Virus record (IMG/VR): IMGVR_UViG_3300027734_000045
Location: 32,001 to 96,000 of that record
Strand: one strand, 5' to 3'
From: a virus
Length of the DNA: 64,000 nucleotides
Every line of letters begins with the position of its first letter. The stretch's first letter is position 1. Shown piece after piece: positions 17,309 through 28,600 of the stretch. The translations under genes and the position numbers were made by a program. The notes beneath the pieces were generated by a model. The model saw only the letters and a program-made list of their open reading frames with translations, did no database searches and had not been told where the DNA came from.

Positions 17309-17809
17309 ATGGAAGATAAGGCGAGAGTCGCGGCGCGAGGTCAGGCGCTCCCTCCCTCGGAGGCGAGCCTGCTCGCCGGTCTGCAACCGCGAGCCGTAAG
17401 GCAGCGCTGCGCGGACCTCTATAAGGCTGGGTGGACGCTTGACGCGATAGGCAACGCGCTCGTTCCGCCGCGTGGTCGCTCCACCGTTCGGTCGTGGGTC
17501 GCAAAGAGCACCTCAACACTCAAGGAGACACTTCCTCCTCTTCCTCTACCAACTGCCCGTCCGGCTCATAAAAGTGCACCCACGACCCATCCAGGTATCC
17601 CCGAGGCCACGGTCTCCCGAATACGAGAACTGGCTCCGCTTGCCCGGCATTACCGTTCTAGAACGGCGTCCACCTCAACGGCGGCCCGCGCGAACACTGA
17701 GCTAACCGCTCTCTGTCTTAGTTTACACGCCAGCGGCGTGACCACCGCTGAACTAGCCCGTGCCGCGGGAGTGACGTACCGTGCAATGGCACGCCGTCTT
17801 GGAAGATAA
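17309..17809 (+). CDS. Double helix-turn-helix protein, paralog of 11610-12188
   Basis: GWTLDAIG...; RELAPLA..R; GVTTAELARAAGVTYRAMARRL; GC-rich codons. Confidence 0.75.
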   Translation: MEDKARVAARGQALPPSEASLLAGLQPRAVRQRCADLYKAGWTLDAIGNALVPPRGRSTVRSWVAKSTSTLKETLPPLPLPTARPAHKSAPTTHPGIPEATVSRIRELAPLARHYRSRTASTSTAARANTELTALCLSLHASGVTTAELARAAGVTYRAMARRLGR

Positions 17810-17824
17810 AGGAGAAAATAAAGG

Positions 17825-18202
17825 GTGAGAATTCTACAGGACACCTTTCCAGCGCTGGTCTCAGTTGCTGGAAGTCCACCGCCCGCTGGGGAGACAATTC
17901 CTCCCGGCTCAAGAAAGTATCGCGCCAAGGTTGTTGACCGCGCGAGAGTTATCGTCACCGCGGACCGAGTTATCATTGCCGTTGACGGCACCAGCGACGA
18001 AGGTCCGCTTATCGTCTTTAGTCAGCCGTACTCTGCCGGGAACTTTGTCAAGGCAGGCAACGCGGATAACGCGTCAACGGTTATCACCGACAACGGAGCG
18101 TACGTCTCCTTCTCGCGAGGACAGGACTGCGCCTGCGGCTCACGTCTTCGCGGCTGGAACCCGTTTAGAGCCATAAGCTCAAGCAGAGACCCACAGGTGT
18201 AG
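17825..18202 (+). CDS. Hypothetical protein (C-terminal CACGSRLRGW)
   Basis: SD AAGGAG; operon with portal. Confidence 0.7.
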   Translation: MRILQDTFPALVSVAGSPPPAGETIPPGSRKYRAKVVDRARVIVTADRVIIAVDGTSDEGPLIVFSQPYSAGNFVKAGNADNASTVITDNGAYVSFSRGQDCACGSRLRGWNPFRAISSSRDPQV

Positions 18203-18203
18203 A

Positions 18204-18494
18204 GTGCAGGACCTAGTAGAACTAATAGTCTTAGCCCTCGCTGTTTTTCGCGTGACCCGGCTCGTCACCACGGACTATATAACTGAGCCAATTCGAAACT
18301 TTATCTGGAAACGCTTCCCGCCGGAGTCCACGAAAACAGGTTATCTATTCACCTGCGACTGGTGCACGTCAATCTGGGTTTCGTCACTGTTTGCGATTCC
18401 TTATACGATAGTTCCAACGGAGACCGTGGCGGTTTCGCTCATACCAGCGTTGTCTGCAGTCGCCTCCATAATAGCCGCGCGAGTTGATAGATGA
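18204..18494 (+). CDS. DUF1360-like membrane protein
   Basis: LALAVFRVTRLVTTD.ITEPIR...LFTCDWCTSIW. Confidence 0.75.
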   Translation: MQDLVELIVLALAVFRVTRLVTTDYITEPIRNFIWKRFPPESTKTGYLFTCDWCTSIWVSSLFAIPYTIVPTETVAVSLIPALSAVASIIAARVDR

Positions 18495-18533
18495 TGTCGA
18501 CCGTTCCGCAATCTAAAGACGAGGAGTTAACCA

Positions 18534-20267
18534 TTGGGTGTATTTAGCCGAGAGCCACAGCCGCTTCGTGCAAGTGGCGCGACAGGCCGCATAGCTCCTC
18601 CGTCTATCCTGTCTACCACCTTTGGCAATGGATACCAAAGTCTTCCGTACTCAGCTCCTCGAGGTCTAACTGCCGCTGCCGCGCAGATAAGACTAAACGA
18701 TAAGGGAGAGGCCGAGCAGTTCAAGGCTCGTCGCGCAACCGCGGTATCCGCCTGGCAAAACGAGGCGTGGGAATACTACGACGCAATCGGTGAAATCAAG
18801 TACGCCTTTAATCTAGTTTCCTCCGTCGTAAGCCGCATTCGTCTATACGTGGCCGTTGTCGAAAACCCGGCCCAGACTCCAGTTGCAGTTAGAAGTGCCG
18901 CCAGCGTTGACGGTCGACTAGCCGGAGCCGCCGAGCGCGCGCTTGACCGTCTGAACTCAGCGTATGGAGGACAGGCAGGTCTTCTCAGAGACGCGGCACT
19001 AAACCTGTCCGTCACTGGAGAGTGCTATCTTGTTCAAATTCCAGAGCGCCTAGGTTCCGGTATCCCTGAGAGCTGGGACATCCGCTCAACCGACGAGCTC
19101 CTAATCGACTCAAGAGGAAACTACGCGATCGCGCCAAGACGCGACCTCACCGTAGCTACCGGAGGCGGAGATAAGAAGGGGATTATCCAGCTGCCGACCA
19201 ACGCATTTGTTGGCAGAATCTGGCGTGCACATCCGCGCTACTCAGAGGAGGCCGACAGTTCTCTACGCGGTCTGCTAGACATGTGTGCCGAACTACTACT
19301 TCTAAACCGCACCTTCCGTGCAACGGCGCGTTCCCGTCTGAACGCTGGTGCGCTCTATCTCCCAGACGGCCTAAGCGTCGCGGCTGGACCAGACCCTAAC
19401 TATCCTTACGATGACCCGGACGGTCTGACCGACGCTCCGACTCCTGAGGAGATGCAGGACGAGTTCGAGGACCAACTTGTTGACGCGATGACCACTCCTA
19501 TTAGAGATGAAGATTCTGCCTCAGCGGTTGTTCCACTTATTATTCGTGGTCCTGCGGAACTTGGCGACAAGATTAAGCAGTTTAAATTTGAACGCTCATT
19601 TGACCCGGCGTTGGCAGAGCGCTCAGACCGCGTTCTTGAGAGAATCCTTCAGGGACTAGACGTTCCAAAGGACGTGGTCACTGGACTTGCCAACGTAAAG
19701 TATTCAAACGCGCTGCAGATTGATGAGGCACTTTACAAGGCACACATCGAACCGATGATGCTGCTTATCGCGGATGCCATTACCGTTGTCTATCTTCGTC
19801 CTTATCTTATTGCAAATGGATTTGACGCGGTTGACGTCAATAGACTGGTTATCTGGTATGACCCGTCTCTAGTCGCAACCCGCAACGACCGCGCGATGGA
19901 CGCGGACGCAGGATTCGACCGCATGGCAGTTTCATTCGAAACATGGAGACGCGCGCACGGATTCTCAGACGCAGACGCTCCAAGTCCAACTGAGCTTGGT
20001 CTACGTCTACTTGTCGAGAAGGGCGCGATTACTCCTGAGCTAAGCGAGGCCCTGCTGAACGCGGTCGCACCTGACATCATGAAGGCTGCCCGTGATGCCT
20101 CACAGGCAACGAGCGTTGCGCCAATTCCAGACATGGTAAACCAGATGCTTAGCGGACAGGCTCCAGCAGCACCAGCAGCTCCAGCAGCAGAGCCAATCGC
20201 GCCAGCAGACGCAGCGCCGCCTCCACCCGAGGAAGCTCCACCAGGATTAGCAGAACCAATAGTATAG
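18534..20267 (+). CDS. Portal protein
   Basis: Size and position before head genes; WQNEAWEYYDAIGEIKY and N-terminal LTAAAA as in actinophage portals; SD GAGGAG. Confidence 0.8.
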   Translation: MGVFSREPQPLRASGATGRIAPPSILSTTFGNGYQSLPYSAPRGLTAAAAQIRLNDKGEAEQFKARRATAVSAWQNEAWEYYDAIGEIKYAFNLVSSVVSRIRLYVAVVENPAQTPVAVRSAASVDGRLAGAAERALDRLNSAYGGQAGLLRDAALNLSVTGECYLVQIPERLGSGIPESWDIRSTDELLIDSRGNYAIAPRRDLTVATGGGDKKGIIQLPTNAFVGRIWRAHPRYSEEADSSLRGLLDMCAELLLLNRTFRATARSRLNAGALYLPDGLSVAAGPDPNYPYDDPDGLTDAPTPEEMQDEFEDQLVDAMTTPIRDEDSASAVVPLIIRGPAELGDKIKQFKFERSFDPALAERSDRVLERILQGLDVPKDVVTGLANVKYSNALQIDEALYKAHIEPMMLLIADAITVVYLRPYLIANGFDAVDVNRLVIWYDPSLVATRNDRAMDADAGFDRMAVSFETWRRAHGFSDADAPSPTELGLRLLVEKGAITPELSEALLNAVAPDIMKAARDASQATSVAPIPDMVNQMLSGQAPAAPAAPAAEPIAPADAAPPPPEEAPPGLAEPIV

Positions 20268-20281
20268 GAAAAGGAACATAA

Positions 20282-22693
20282 ATGCTTGACATTCTCCCGG
20301 ACGACCCGCTGGGTAGGGAAGAGCTTGCCGACGCGCTAGCCGAGACCTTATCTAACGTAGTTGTCTTTCAATACATGGCTCACGGTTTCCACTGGAACGT
20401 AAAGGGTCCGCACTTTGCTCAGTTCCACGAGTTCTTTGGAGAAATCTACGAGGACGCTCAAGGTTCAGAGGACGACCTAGCCGAAAACATTAGAAGAATC
20501 GGATACGACGCTCCGTCTGCGTTGCCACAGTTCATGGCACTATCAAACGTTCAATACGTTGAGTGTTCAAGTGACCCGCTAGAGATGAGCCAGGTTCTAC
20601 TGGAGGCCAACTCAGTTGTAATCGACTCGCTAAATGGTACGTTCACAATCGCCAACGCGATAAATGAACAAGGAGTTGCAAACCTAATCGCCGAGCGCAT
20701 CGACATGCACAAGAAATGGCAGTGGCAGCTAATCTCTACGCTAGGTCTTGACGAAAAGTCAATGGGAAAATCTAAGGCTGAATCTCCTTTAGAAGTATCG
20801 GACCACGATTACTCGTTGTTCGAAACGGACGTTCAGCCAGAAGAAGTTTTTGTTCCAACAACGGCTGCGGTTGGAAAAATAGTCTCAGAGGAGCAGGACC
20901 TAGCACAGGCTCTTCTTGACATCGCAAATAAGTATGGAAAGTTTAACGAAGACGATACCGGTATCTGGGCTGGGTACACTCCAGCGGCAGAAAACGAAGT
21001 TGCAGCCATTGGCGTCAAGTGCAGCAACTGCGTTCTTTATCGTGGCGGCTCAGAATGTGCAATCATCTCTGCTGAAGTAGAGCCTGAAGGCAAGTGCCGC
21101 TTTGCGGTAATTCCAGATGGCGTAGTTAGTTTAGACGAAAATCCTATAGAGAAGATGTTTTCTAAGCCACCTTACCTAGCTCAGGACGAGCTAAAGCAAA
21201 AGGTAGAAGACCTAGACGACTACGAGGAAGAATACCTAAACATCTCTGATTTGATTCCAACTCAGACTCATCTAGACCCAAGTAAGTTTAAGGACGCTCG
21301 CTCAATCACGAAGCCGGTAATCGTTTACGAAGACGCCGACGGATATAAGTTAGTTGACGGACATCATAGATGCGCTTCTAAGGCCATCGCAGGTGAAACT
21401 AAGATTATGGCAAGGGTCTACAGAGGTTTAGTAGCGGCAGCTTCATTGTTTACCGCGATACCAATAAGTCCTGACGACATAGAGCTTTCAGCCGATGGCC
21501 CTTGCTGGGACGGCTATGAGCAAATCGGCATGAAGATGAAGAACGGCAAGAAGGTTCCTAACTGCGTTCCGATAAACGCCGCCGCGACTGAGTTCGCTGC
21601 AACTGAAGATTCCTGTCCACCTGCCACTAGAGACATCGTTCTAAACGTCACCAACAGACAGAACGCCATCGACAACGTTGGCTACGGACCACTAAACCCA
21701 CTCGAGCCAAACGACGAGTTCTGGCAGGAGAAGGCAGACCGCTGGAAGACAACCCCAGAAGAGTCAAAGAAAAGCATTTGCGGAAACTGTGTATTCTTCG
21801 TGAGAACACCGAGCATGCTTAATTGCATTGAAGGCGGACTTGCCGAGGGTGGCTCAGGAGAACAAAACGCCTGGGACGCAATCGACAAAGCAGAGCTAGG
21901 CTACTGCGAAGCGCTTGACTTCAAGTGCGCTGCGTCTAGAACATGCAACGCGTGGGCAGCTGGTGGACCAATCACCGAGGAAAAGAGCTCTACTGAGACG
22001 TCAGACGACACCGTCAGCTACTCACCTGCCGACGCTCGCAACGCAGTCTACGCGTCTGGTTCTAAGCCTGCGCCAAAGAAGGACCGCATAAAAGGTTCTA
22101 AGAAAAACGCCCCAGGCTCTGCTAAGAACAAGAAAAAGGTAATAACCTTTTCAAAGGAAGTAGAGGCCTCTCTTCGCAAGAAGGTCACAGACCACAACGC
22201 TAAAGCGAAGACCGAGGGTCGTCAGGCAACATTGCCAATGCTAAAGGCCGTTTACCGCCGAGGAGCCGGAGCGTACTCAAGTTCTCATAGACCAAACATC
22301 TCTCGCGCAGCCTGGGCAATGGCAAGAGTAAACGCTTTCCTACACCTGCTCAAGACAGGTAAGCCTGCTAGCGTGAAGTACACCCAAGACAACGATCTAC
22401 TTCCAGCTAAGCATCCAAAAGCTCCAGGCGCGATTACCGCAAGTATTTTTAGCGAGCTTGCCGTTGAGCTTAAGGAAGAAAATGAATACGCGTCTCCAGA
22501 ACATGCTATATTTGCACTAGCAGAGTTCTCGGGAATGGGTTACGAGATTATTCCTGCACTTCGCGCAAGCTGGGCAAGAGCTGTTAAAAACGACGAAACA
22601 CCTTACAAACGAGCAATGAACCTTGCCACAAAGTTGTACAATAGTAATGACGCTGACCTGCTACCAGCAGATAAGAAAGGCACCTTAGAGTGA
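20282..22693 (+). CDS. Multidomain head-region protein: Dps/ferritin-like, two HiPIP-like Cys clusters, ParB-like and small head-associated modules
   Basis: HWNVKGPHF..FHEFF...DDLAENIR; CSNC..C..C; LIPTQ...VDGHHR; CWDGYEQIG...VPNCVP; CGNC...C...TCNAW. Confidence 0.8.
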   Translation: MLDILPDDPLGREELADALAETLSNVVVFQYMAHGFHWNVKGPHFAQFHEFFGEIYEDAQGSEDDLAENIRRIGYDAPSALPQFMALSNVQYVECSSDPLEMSQVLLEANSVVIDSLNGTFTIANAINEQGVANLIAERIDMHKKWQWQLISTLGLDEKSMGKSKAESPLEVSDHDYSLFETDVQPEEVFVPTTAAVGKIVSEEQDLAQALLDIANKYGKFNEDDTGIWAGYTPAAENEVAAIGVKCSNCVLYRGGSECAIISAEVEPEGKCRFAVIPDGVVSLDENPIEKMFSKPPYLAQDELKQKVEDLDDYEEEYLNISDLIPTQTHLDPSKFKDARSITKPVIVYEDADGYKLVDGHHRCASKAIAGETKIMARVYRGLVAAASLFTAIPISPDDIELSADGPCWDGYEQIGMKMKNGKKVPNCVPINAAATEFAATEDSCPPATRDIVLNVTNRQNAIDNVGYGPLNPLEPNDEFWQEKADRWKTTPEESKKSICGNCVFFVRTPSMLNCIEGGLAEGGSGEQNAWDAIDKAELGYCEALDFKCAASRTCNAWAAGGPITEEKSSTETSDDTVSYSPADARNAVYASGSKPAPKKDRIKGSKKNAPGSAKNKKKVITFSKEVEASLRKKVTDHNAKAKTEGRQATLPMLKAVYRRGAGAYSSSHRPNISRAAWAMARVNAFLHLLKTGKPASVKYTQDNDLLPAKHPKAPGAITASIFSELAVELKEENEYASPEHAIFALAEFSGMGYEIIPALRASWARAVKNDETPYKRAMNLATKLYNSNDADLLPADKKGTLE

Positions 22694-25600
22694 GCATCCA
22701 AAACATAGTCCTACCTCTGTCTCTTCGACTTCGCATTGCCGAAATCGTATCCGAAAAGAACAACTCGGTACTTGCGGCTCGTCAGGTTCCGTTGACCGCT
22801 GCCTACGTGGTTGCCAGACGTGCAATCGCCCTGACGGCAAGCCTCGACCCTTCAGTTGAAGGCTACGTGGCAATCAAGGCAGTCACCGCCTTTACCACGC
22901 TTGCGATCGACGGTAGGACGTCCCTTACCGCAAGCAGCGGGTTAGACATCTACCGCGACGTGCTTCCAATTGGTCACCCTGAGTTTTCAAACGCGGCCGT
23001 CTTGCCAATTAAGACGCTTAGAGCTGCCCGCGCAGAATGGCTAGCCGCAGACCCACGAATCGCCGACGAGTACCGTCCGCTAGTTGCCTCTGCGTTTGGA
23101 GCGACTCCTGGCTCGCTTGAACAGCGCCACGCCCGTGCGCGTTTAGACCGCGTCGACTCTCACAGCGTGCCGCTCGACATCGTACTTGCTCCACTAATTG
23201 CCGCTGCTAGAAAAATTGACATCGCAGCTCTAAAGGCTCGTGTTGCTGACCAGCTCCGCGACCCACACACTGGACAGTGGATTGAGGAAGGCCACTTTGC
23301 GATGTTTGACCTAAAGGGTCCTAGCGGAAAGATTCGCAAGGTGTTCGGTCAACTTGTTGGTGGTAACGACATGCTCGGCTACGGTGAGATTCACGTGACC
23401 GATGACCCAGACCTCGGCACCGGTGTAGTCAAGGTAAACAAGGCTAACATTACAGCTGTAGGCGGTATGCTTACAGACGAAAACCTAGAAAAAGCAGGCG
23501 TTGACCCACAGGGCAAGCAGAGAGTTTACCTAAACACTGATGCACAGAGTCTAAACGACCTAGCTAAGACCATGGACGTCGCGCCTAGTGACTGGACCTG
23601 GGATGCAAACGAAGACAACTCAAACGGCAGCAAGGGAGCGTTTATCTCTGCCGACGGTTTCAAGGCCGTTCCTGTTGGCGAAGGCGGACAGAACGCCAAG
23701 ACCTTCGACATCTTTGACGCAGATGACAAGCCGATTGAAACTCTGCAGGGTGAAGGTTGGGGAAACATCCAGGGCGGTCTACAAAAGATTCGCCAGGACA
23801 TGGCAAAGAAGGTGGACGCAGGTAAGCCTGCAACCGAGAGCACCGGTACCGCGCAGATGATTCCTGCTGGAAAGCTCCAGGCTGGAGACAAGGTTGACGT
23901 GGCAGGCAAAGAGAACACCGTTGTCTCAGTTAGCAAGCCGTATAAATACAAGGTAAAGCCTACTGACCTAAAGCAGACCAAGTCTGGCTATAGAAACGTG
24001 GTAGACGTCACCCTTGAAGACGAGAACGGCGAGCGCGTCACTAAGCGCTGGAACCCTGCGACTGAAATCCAGGCTATTCGTCCAGAAGGCAAGGAAGAAG
24101 CTCCAGCAGTCGAAGGAGAAGTAGAACACGGTCTATCCGATACTTGGACCAGCGTAATGAACGGCGCGTTAGGCAAGCGCGAGCAGCAGCTGCGCGACCT
24201 TGAAAAGTCATTCCCGCCAGACGCCGCGGCAACCGCTGAAATGAACGAGTTAGCAGCGGCTAGAGCAAGAATCAAATCAGGAGTGGTCACCGAGGCAGAC
24301 CTTGAAAAGGTCAAAGAACTTCTCAGTCAGGAGGACGGCGCCGATAGCCTGTTTACAAAGCCAGGTTCAACGATATCCCAAATCGACAAGCTTCTAAAAT
24401 ACAAGTTTGGTAAAGACGGTGCTCCTAGGAGCATGAGCCAAGAGTCCGATGACGCCGGTAAAACTCCTATCGAACCTGGCCAGAAGGTTAAGGGAGGCGT
24501 TTCTGACCTTCTCGACGACTACGATAAAGAATTACAGAAGAGCGGCTTCGACGTAGGAATGCGCGACGGCACCTGGACATCAGCAGATGGCCGTTTGGAA
24601 CTCTCTTACGAGGATGACGCATGGAACGTCAAGTTCGATGGAGAACTAGCGGCTAAGGTCACCATATGGGAAGAAGACGAGAACGGTAAGTATTACGAAC
24701 CCGACGACGACAGCATCTATGAGTCAATTTTCGACAGTCTTTATGGCGAACTAACAAAGGACTTTACCAAGGAAGACTACGTCGACGACATGGTCAGCAG
24801 CGGCCAAAGATCGATCCAAGAAATAAAGGACCTTGGAAAACTTCCTGACGAATCTGATGAAGACTTTGGTGCAAGAATCAAGAAACTAGAAGACGGCCTA
24901 TCATCTTTAGAAAGCTACATACGCTCAGATGACTTTAAGTACCTTCCAGATTCAATGAGAACAGAAGCCTATGGCACCTACACTCCGGGTACCAAAGCCT
25001 CTCCTATGGAACAAAAGCTAAACTCGCTATTAGAGTCTGCAAGACACGCTGGTTATAAGTCTCGTGAACTGTATTTGAAAGATCTCTTCGCTAAGAAGAA
25101 GGCCGAAATAGACGAAGCTAGTAAAGCTACAGGACCTTCACCTGATGCTGCCGCTGAAGGCAAGGTGAAGGCCAAGAACAAGGCCGAGGCAAAAGGCAAG
25201 ATGGCCGAGCCTGCCACGGACGCGCAAAAAAACTACGTAAAGGCAATGCTGAAGAACCCAGCAGTTCCAGACGATGTTCGCTCTAGAATTCAGGCTGACC
25301 TCGATGAGCAAGGCGACGCGATAAACAAGAACGACATCGGTCTTCACATCGCTGAGCTAAAGAACTACCCGAGCAAGAGTCTGCCGACAGACAAGATGTA
25401 TAACTCGATACAGCGTGAGCTCTACGCCCGCGGAGCCTCTCCTGAAGAAGTCGATAAGATTCTTGCTGACCTGCCTAACATGGACAAGAAGCAGGCCTCA
25501 GACCTAATCGGTTCGCTGAAGGAGAAACCAGACCTTGCCGGCGAAGAGGCAACTAAAAACGGATTTGAAGAAACCACCAATGAGTCTGATAAGTACGATG

Positions 25601-28600
25601 GTCAGCGCCGCTGGACGAAGGTTGAAGCAGGTAAGCGAACTACAGTTCTGCTAAACGGTGATGGCTGGAGAGTTAATCACCAAAGCAACGTAGACCCAGC
25701 AACTGGAACCTGGAACGACTCGCAAATGCAGTCGATAGACCACGACTCAGAAAAGAGTTCCAGCGCCGACGACGTGTTTAAGAACGCGGCTGACACCCAC
25801 GAAACTCTCGGAGCCAAGGAAGAGCTTCCAATCGACGAGAGTGCTGTTGCCGCTGACGTAGCCGCAGAAGTTAAGGAGCTTAGCGACAAGCAAAAAGAGC
25901 CTGCCACCGATAAGCAGCGCGCGTTTGTTGATAGTCTTCTTGCCAACCCAAAGGTTCCAGCCGACGTAAAGAGTGACATCGAGTCTAAACTTGCCGCAAA
26001 GCCAGACATGAACAAGGCAGAGATTGGCGAGATTATTGGTGCCCTAAAGAAGCTCCCTGGCTCAGACGCACCTACCAGTAAGATGCTCAACTCAGTAAAG
26101 CGCGAGCTCATCGCACGTGGCGTTCCAGTCAACGAGGCGAATGAGACTAGAGCTAACCTAGACGGCATGAGCAAGAGCGAGGTCTCAGACCTAATCAGCA
26201 AGCTAAAGAGTAAGGACGATGCCGCAGGAGCTCAAGCAGCGGCTAACGGCTTTGTTGAGGCCACCACTCCAGAGGACCAGGCAGGCGGAGTTCGCAGGTT
26301 CAACCTACTTGGAAGTGACGATGAGCTTCTAGCTGCACTTACGCTAGACGGCGAAGGCTTCACCGTGAACCGCAAGGATGAGAACGGCGAGGACGACGAG
26401 TTGTTCCTTGGTCGCAACCTAGGTAGCTTTGAGAGAATCGCAAACGCGGCTAAGGCTGCGCAGGACCTAAAGAACACAGACGTCACTAAGACTCCTGGAT
26501 TCGACAGTGAGTCAGACAGAGAAAAGAAGATTGCTACGGCTACGTACAACAGACCTGGAGACAGTGGCACCTGGATGGAGGGCAAGACTCCAGATGGACA
26601 GCGCGGTTGGTCGTACTACGATGCCGATGGAAATGTTACTGAGGTAACTGAAAATCCCGATGGCTCATTTACTAGACGCAGCAGCGACGCCCCTGAGCCT
26701 GTCACCTTTGATAGCGTAGACGAGGCGTTCTCGCTTGACAGTAAGCCAAGCGACACTGGCAGTAAGATGTCAGACTTCCAGGACGACTTTGACGACATAA
26801 TCGAGGCGGTTCAAGGACTAGACTTGTCAGGAGACGATGAGTCAAGCGACGACACTCCTGCGTCAGACCTAAAGAACTACGTGTCTAATCAAGTTACGCA
26901 AGCGGAAGAGCTCATCAAGAAAGGTGACCTTCTCTCCGCGCAGGCCTCGCTGGCCCTTGCCGCGGCTGACGCAAACGATTCAGACGTCCCTGGAGCAGAT
27001 GAGCTAGGAGACGCGCTGAACAACGCAGCTAAGTCGATAGCTGACATTAGAGAAGCGCAAAAGGCACTTGGCCAAGGTAGTGGCGGCGGAGATGAGCCTC
27101 CAAGCACTAACGCTCCTTCGTCTGCAGGCGACGACGACTTTGAAAACAACGTACGTGACGTCTCTGGCGACATCATGAGCATAGGCGAGGAACTAGACAA
27201 GAACCTCAAGAGCTCTGCGATAAACGCCATAGAAGAGCGCGAGGTTGCAGACGGTAGAACTATTCTAAAGAACGCAGAAGACTCAATGGGTCAGGCGCAG
27301 GAGGCACTTGCCGCTGGAGACACTGAGACTGCAAGAAAGCTTATCGACCAGGCAGCTAGTCAACTAGCCGACGCGTCAGACGTCTTCGAAAACATCTTGG
27401 ACCAGTCCGATGAAGGCAAGGCGGTAAGAAAGCTTGGAAAGAGTGCCGGTGACCTCGCTCTTAAGATAAGAGAAACTCTTCTTGATGGACAACCGCGAGG
27501 CGGAGGATCTGCCGGTGACAGAATCTTTGGCAAGGCTGGAATCTCCGATGACAGAATCATGCAGGCCATGGAGGACGTTGACGACTGGGTGGCATCCGAG
27601 AAAGGCAACGAGGTTTCTGGATGGGATAACAAGGTAGGCAACCTAGACCAGATGATTTCTAGTTTCAACGACGAGCCAGAGGCGCGCATGCAGAAGACCG
27701 CAGAGGCTCTGTACGAGCTAGGTCGTGAACTTGAAGACAATGGCTACAAGGATTCTGCGAACACCTTGTTCGACATGTCCAAGGCACTTTCAGACGAGTT
27801 CTACGGTGACTCTGACGAAGACGAAGACGAGACCTCCACTTCAGGCACTGCAGAGTACGCGCCGGCGACAGACTGGACTCCTGCTGAGAACGGGTTTAAC
27901 TTTACTGGCGGAGATGAGCCGGGAGAGGTCTCAGCAGCCTTAGCTAAAAAGAAGAAAAAGGTAGAAGACCTTATCGCAGATGGCGACTACGGAGGCGCGC
28001 TAGACGAGCTCTTCGACGGAGCGGCGAGCATTCCAATGAGCCGCGCCATGGAAGACGACCTCTCTGGATCGTACGACGGCATTCAAGATGGAGACGTCTT
28101 CTACCAAAACGCCGATACCATAGTCTATAAAACCAAGGATGGTCGCTGGAGAGTCTACTCTAAAGACGAGACGGACGGGTTTATCGACACCGGAGAGCCT
28201 GCCACTGACCAACTAGCCGACGAGCTTCTTAAGGAGATGATGGCGCCAAAGAGTGATTGGACACAGGCAAGATTCTATGACCCTCGCCTAAATGACTTGT
28301 TCCACGCCAACAACGCGCCTGGCCCGAGCGGAAACCCAGCTAACCACACGAGTACTCCTAACTACAAGATTAGCTTCGACGGTCTTCGCATGCCAGACGA
28401 CTGGGCAGGTGACCTTGGTCTTCCTGAAAAGGGCGAGGAAGAAGAACCTTACTCTGACGGTGAACTAATCGACACCTGGCTAAAAAATAACGGTCTAGAT
28501 GAGCTTGGCGTAAAGTGGGACCCAAGCTCAACAGAGACTACGTTTGGCGGAGCAAACGTCAACTTTGAGATTCCTGAAGGTGCCAAGGACAAGTTTGGCG

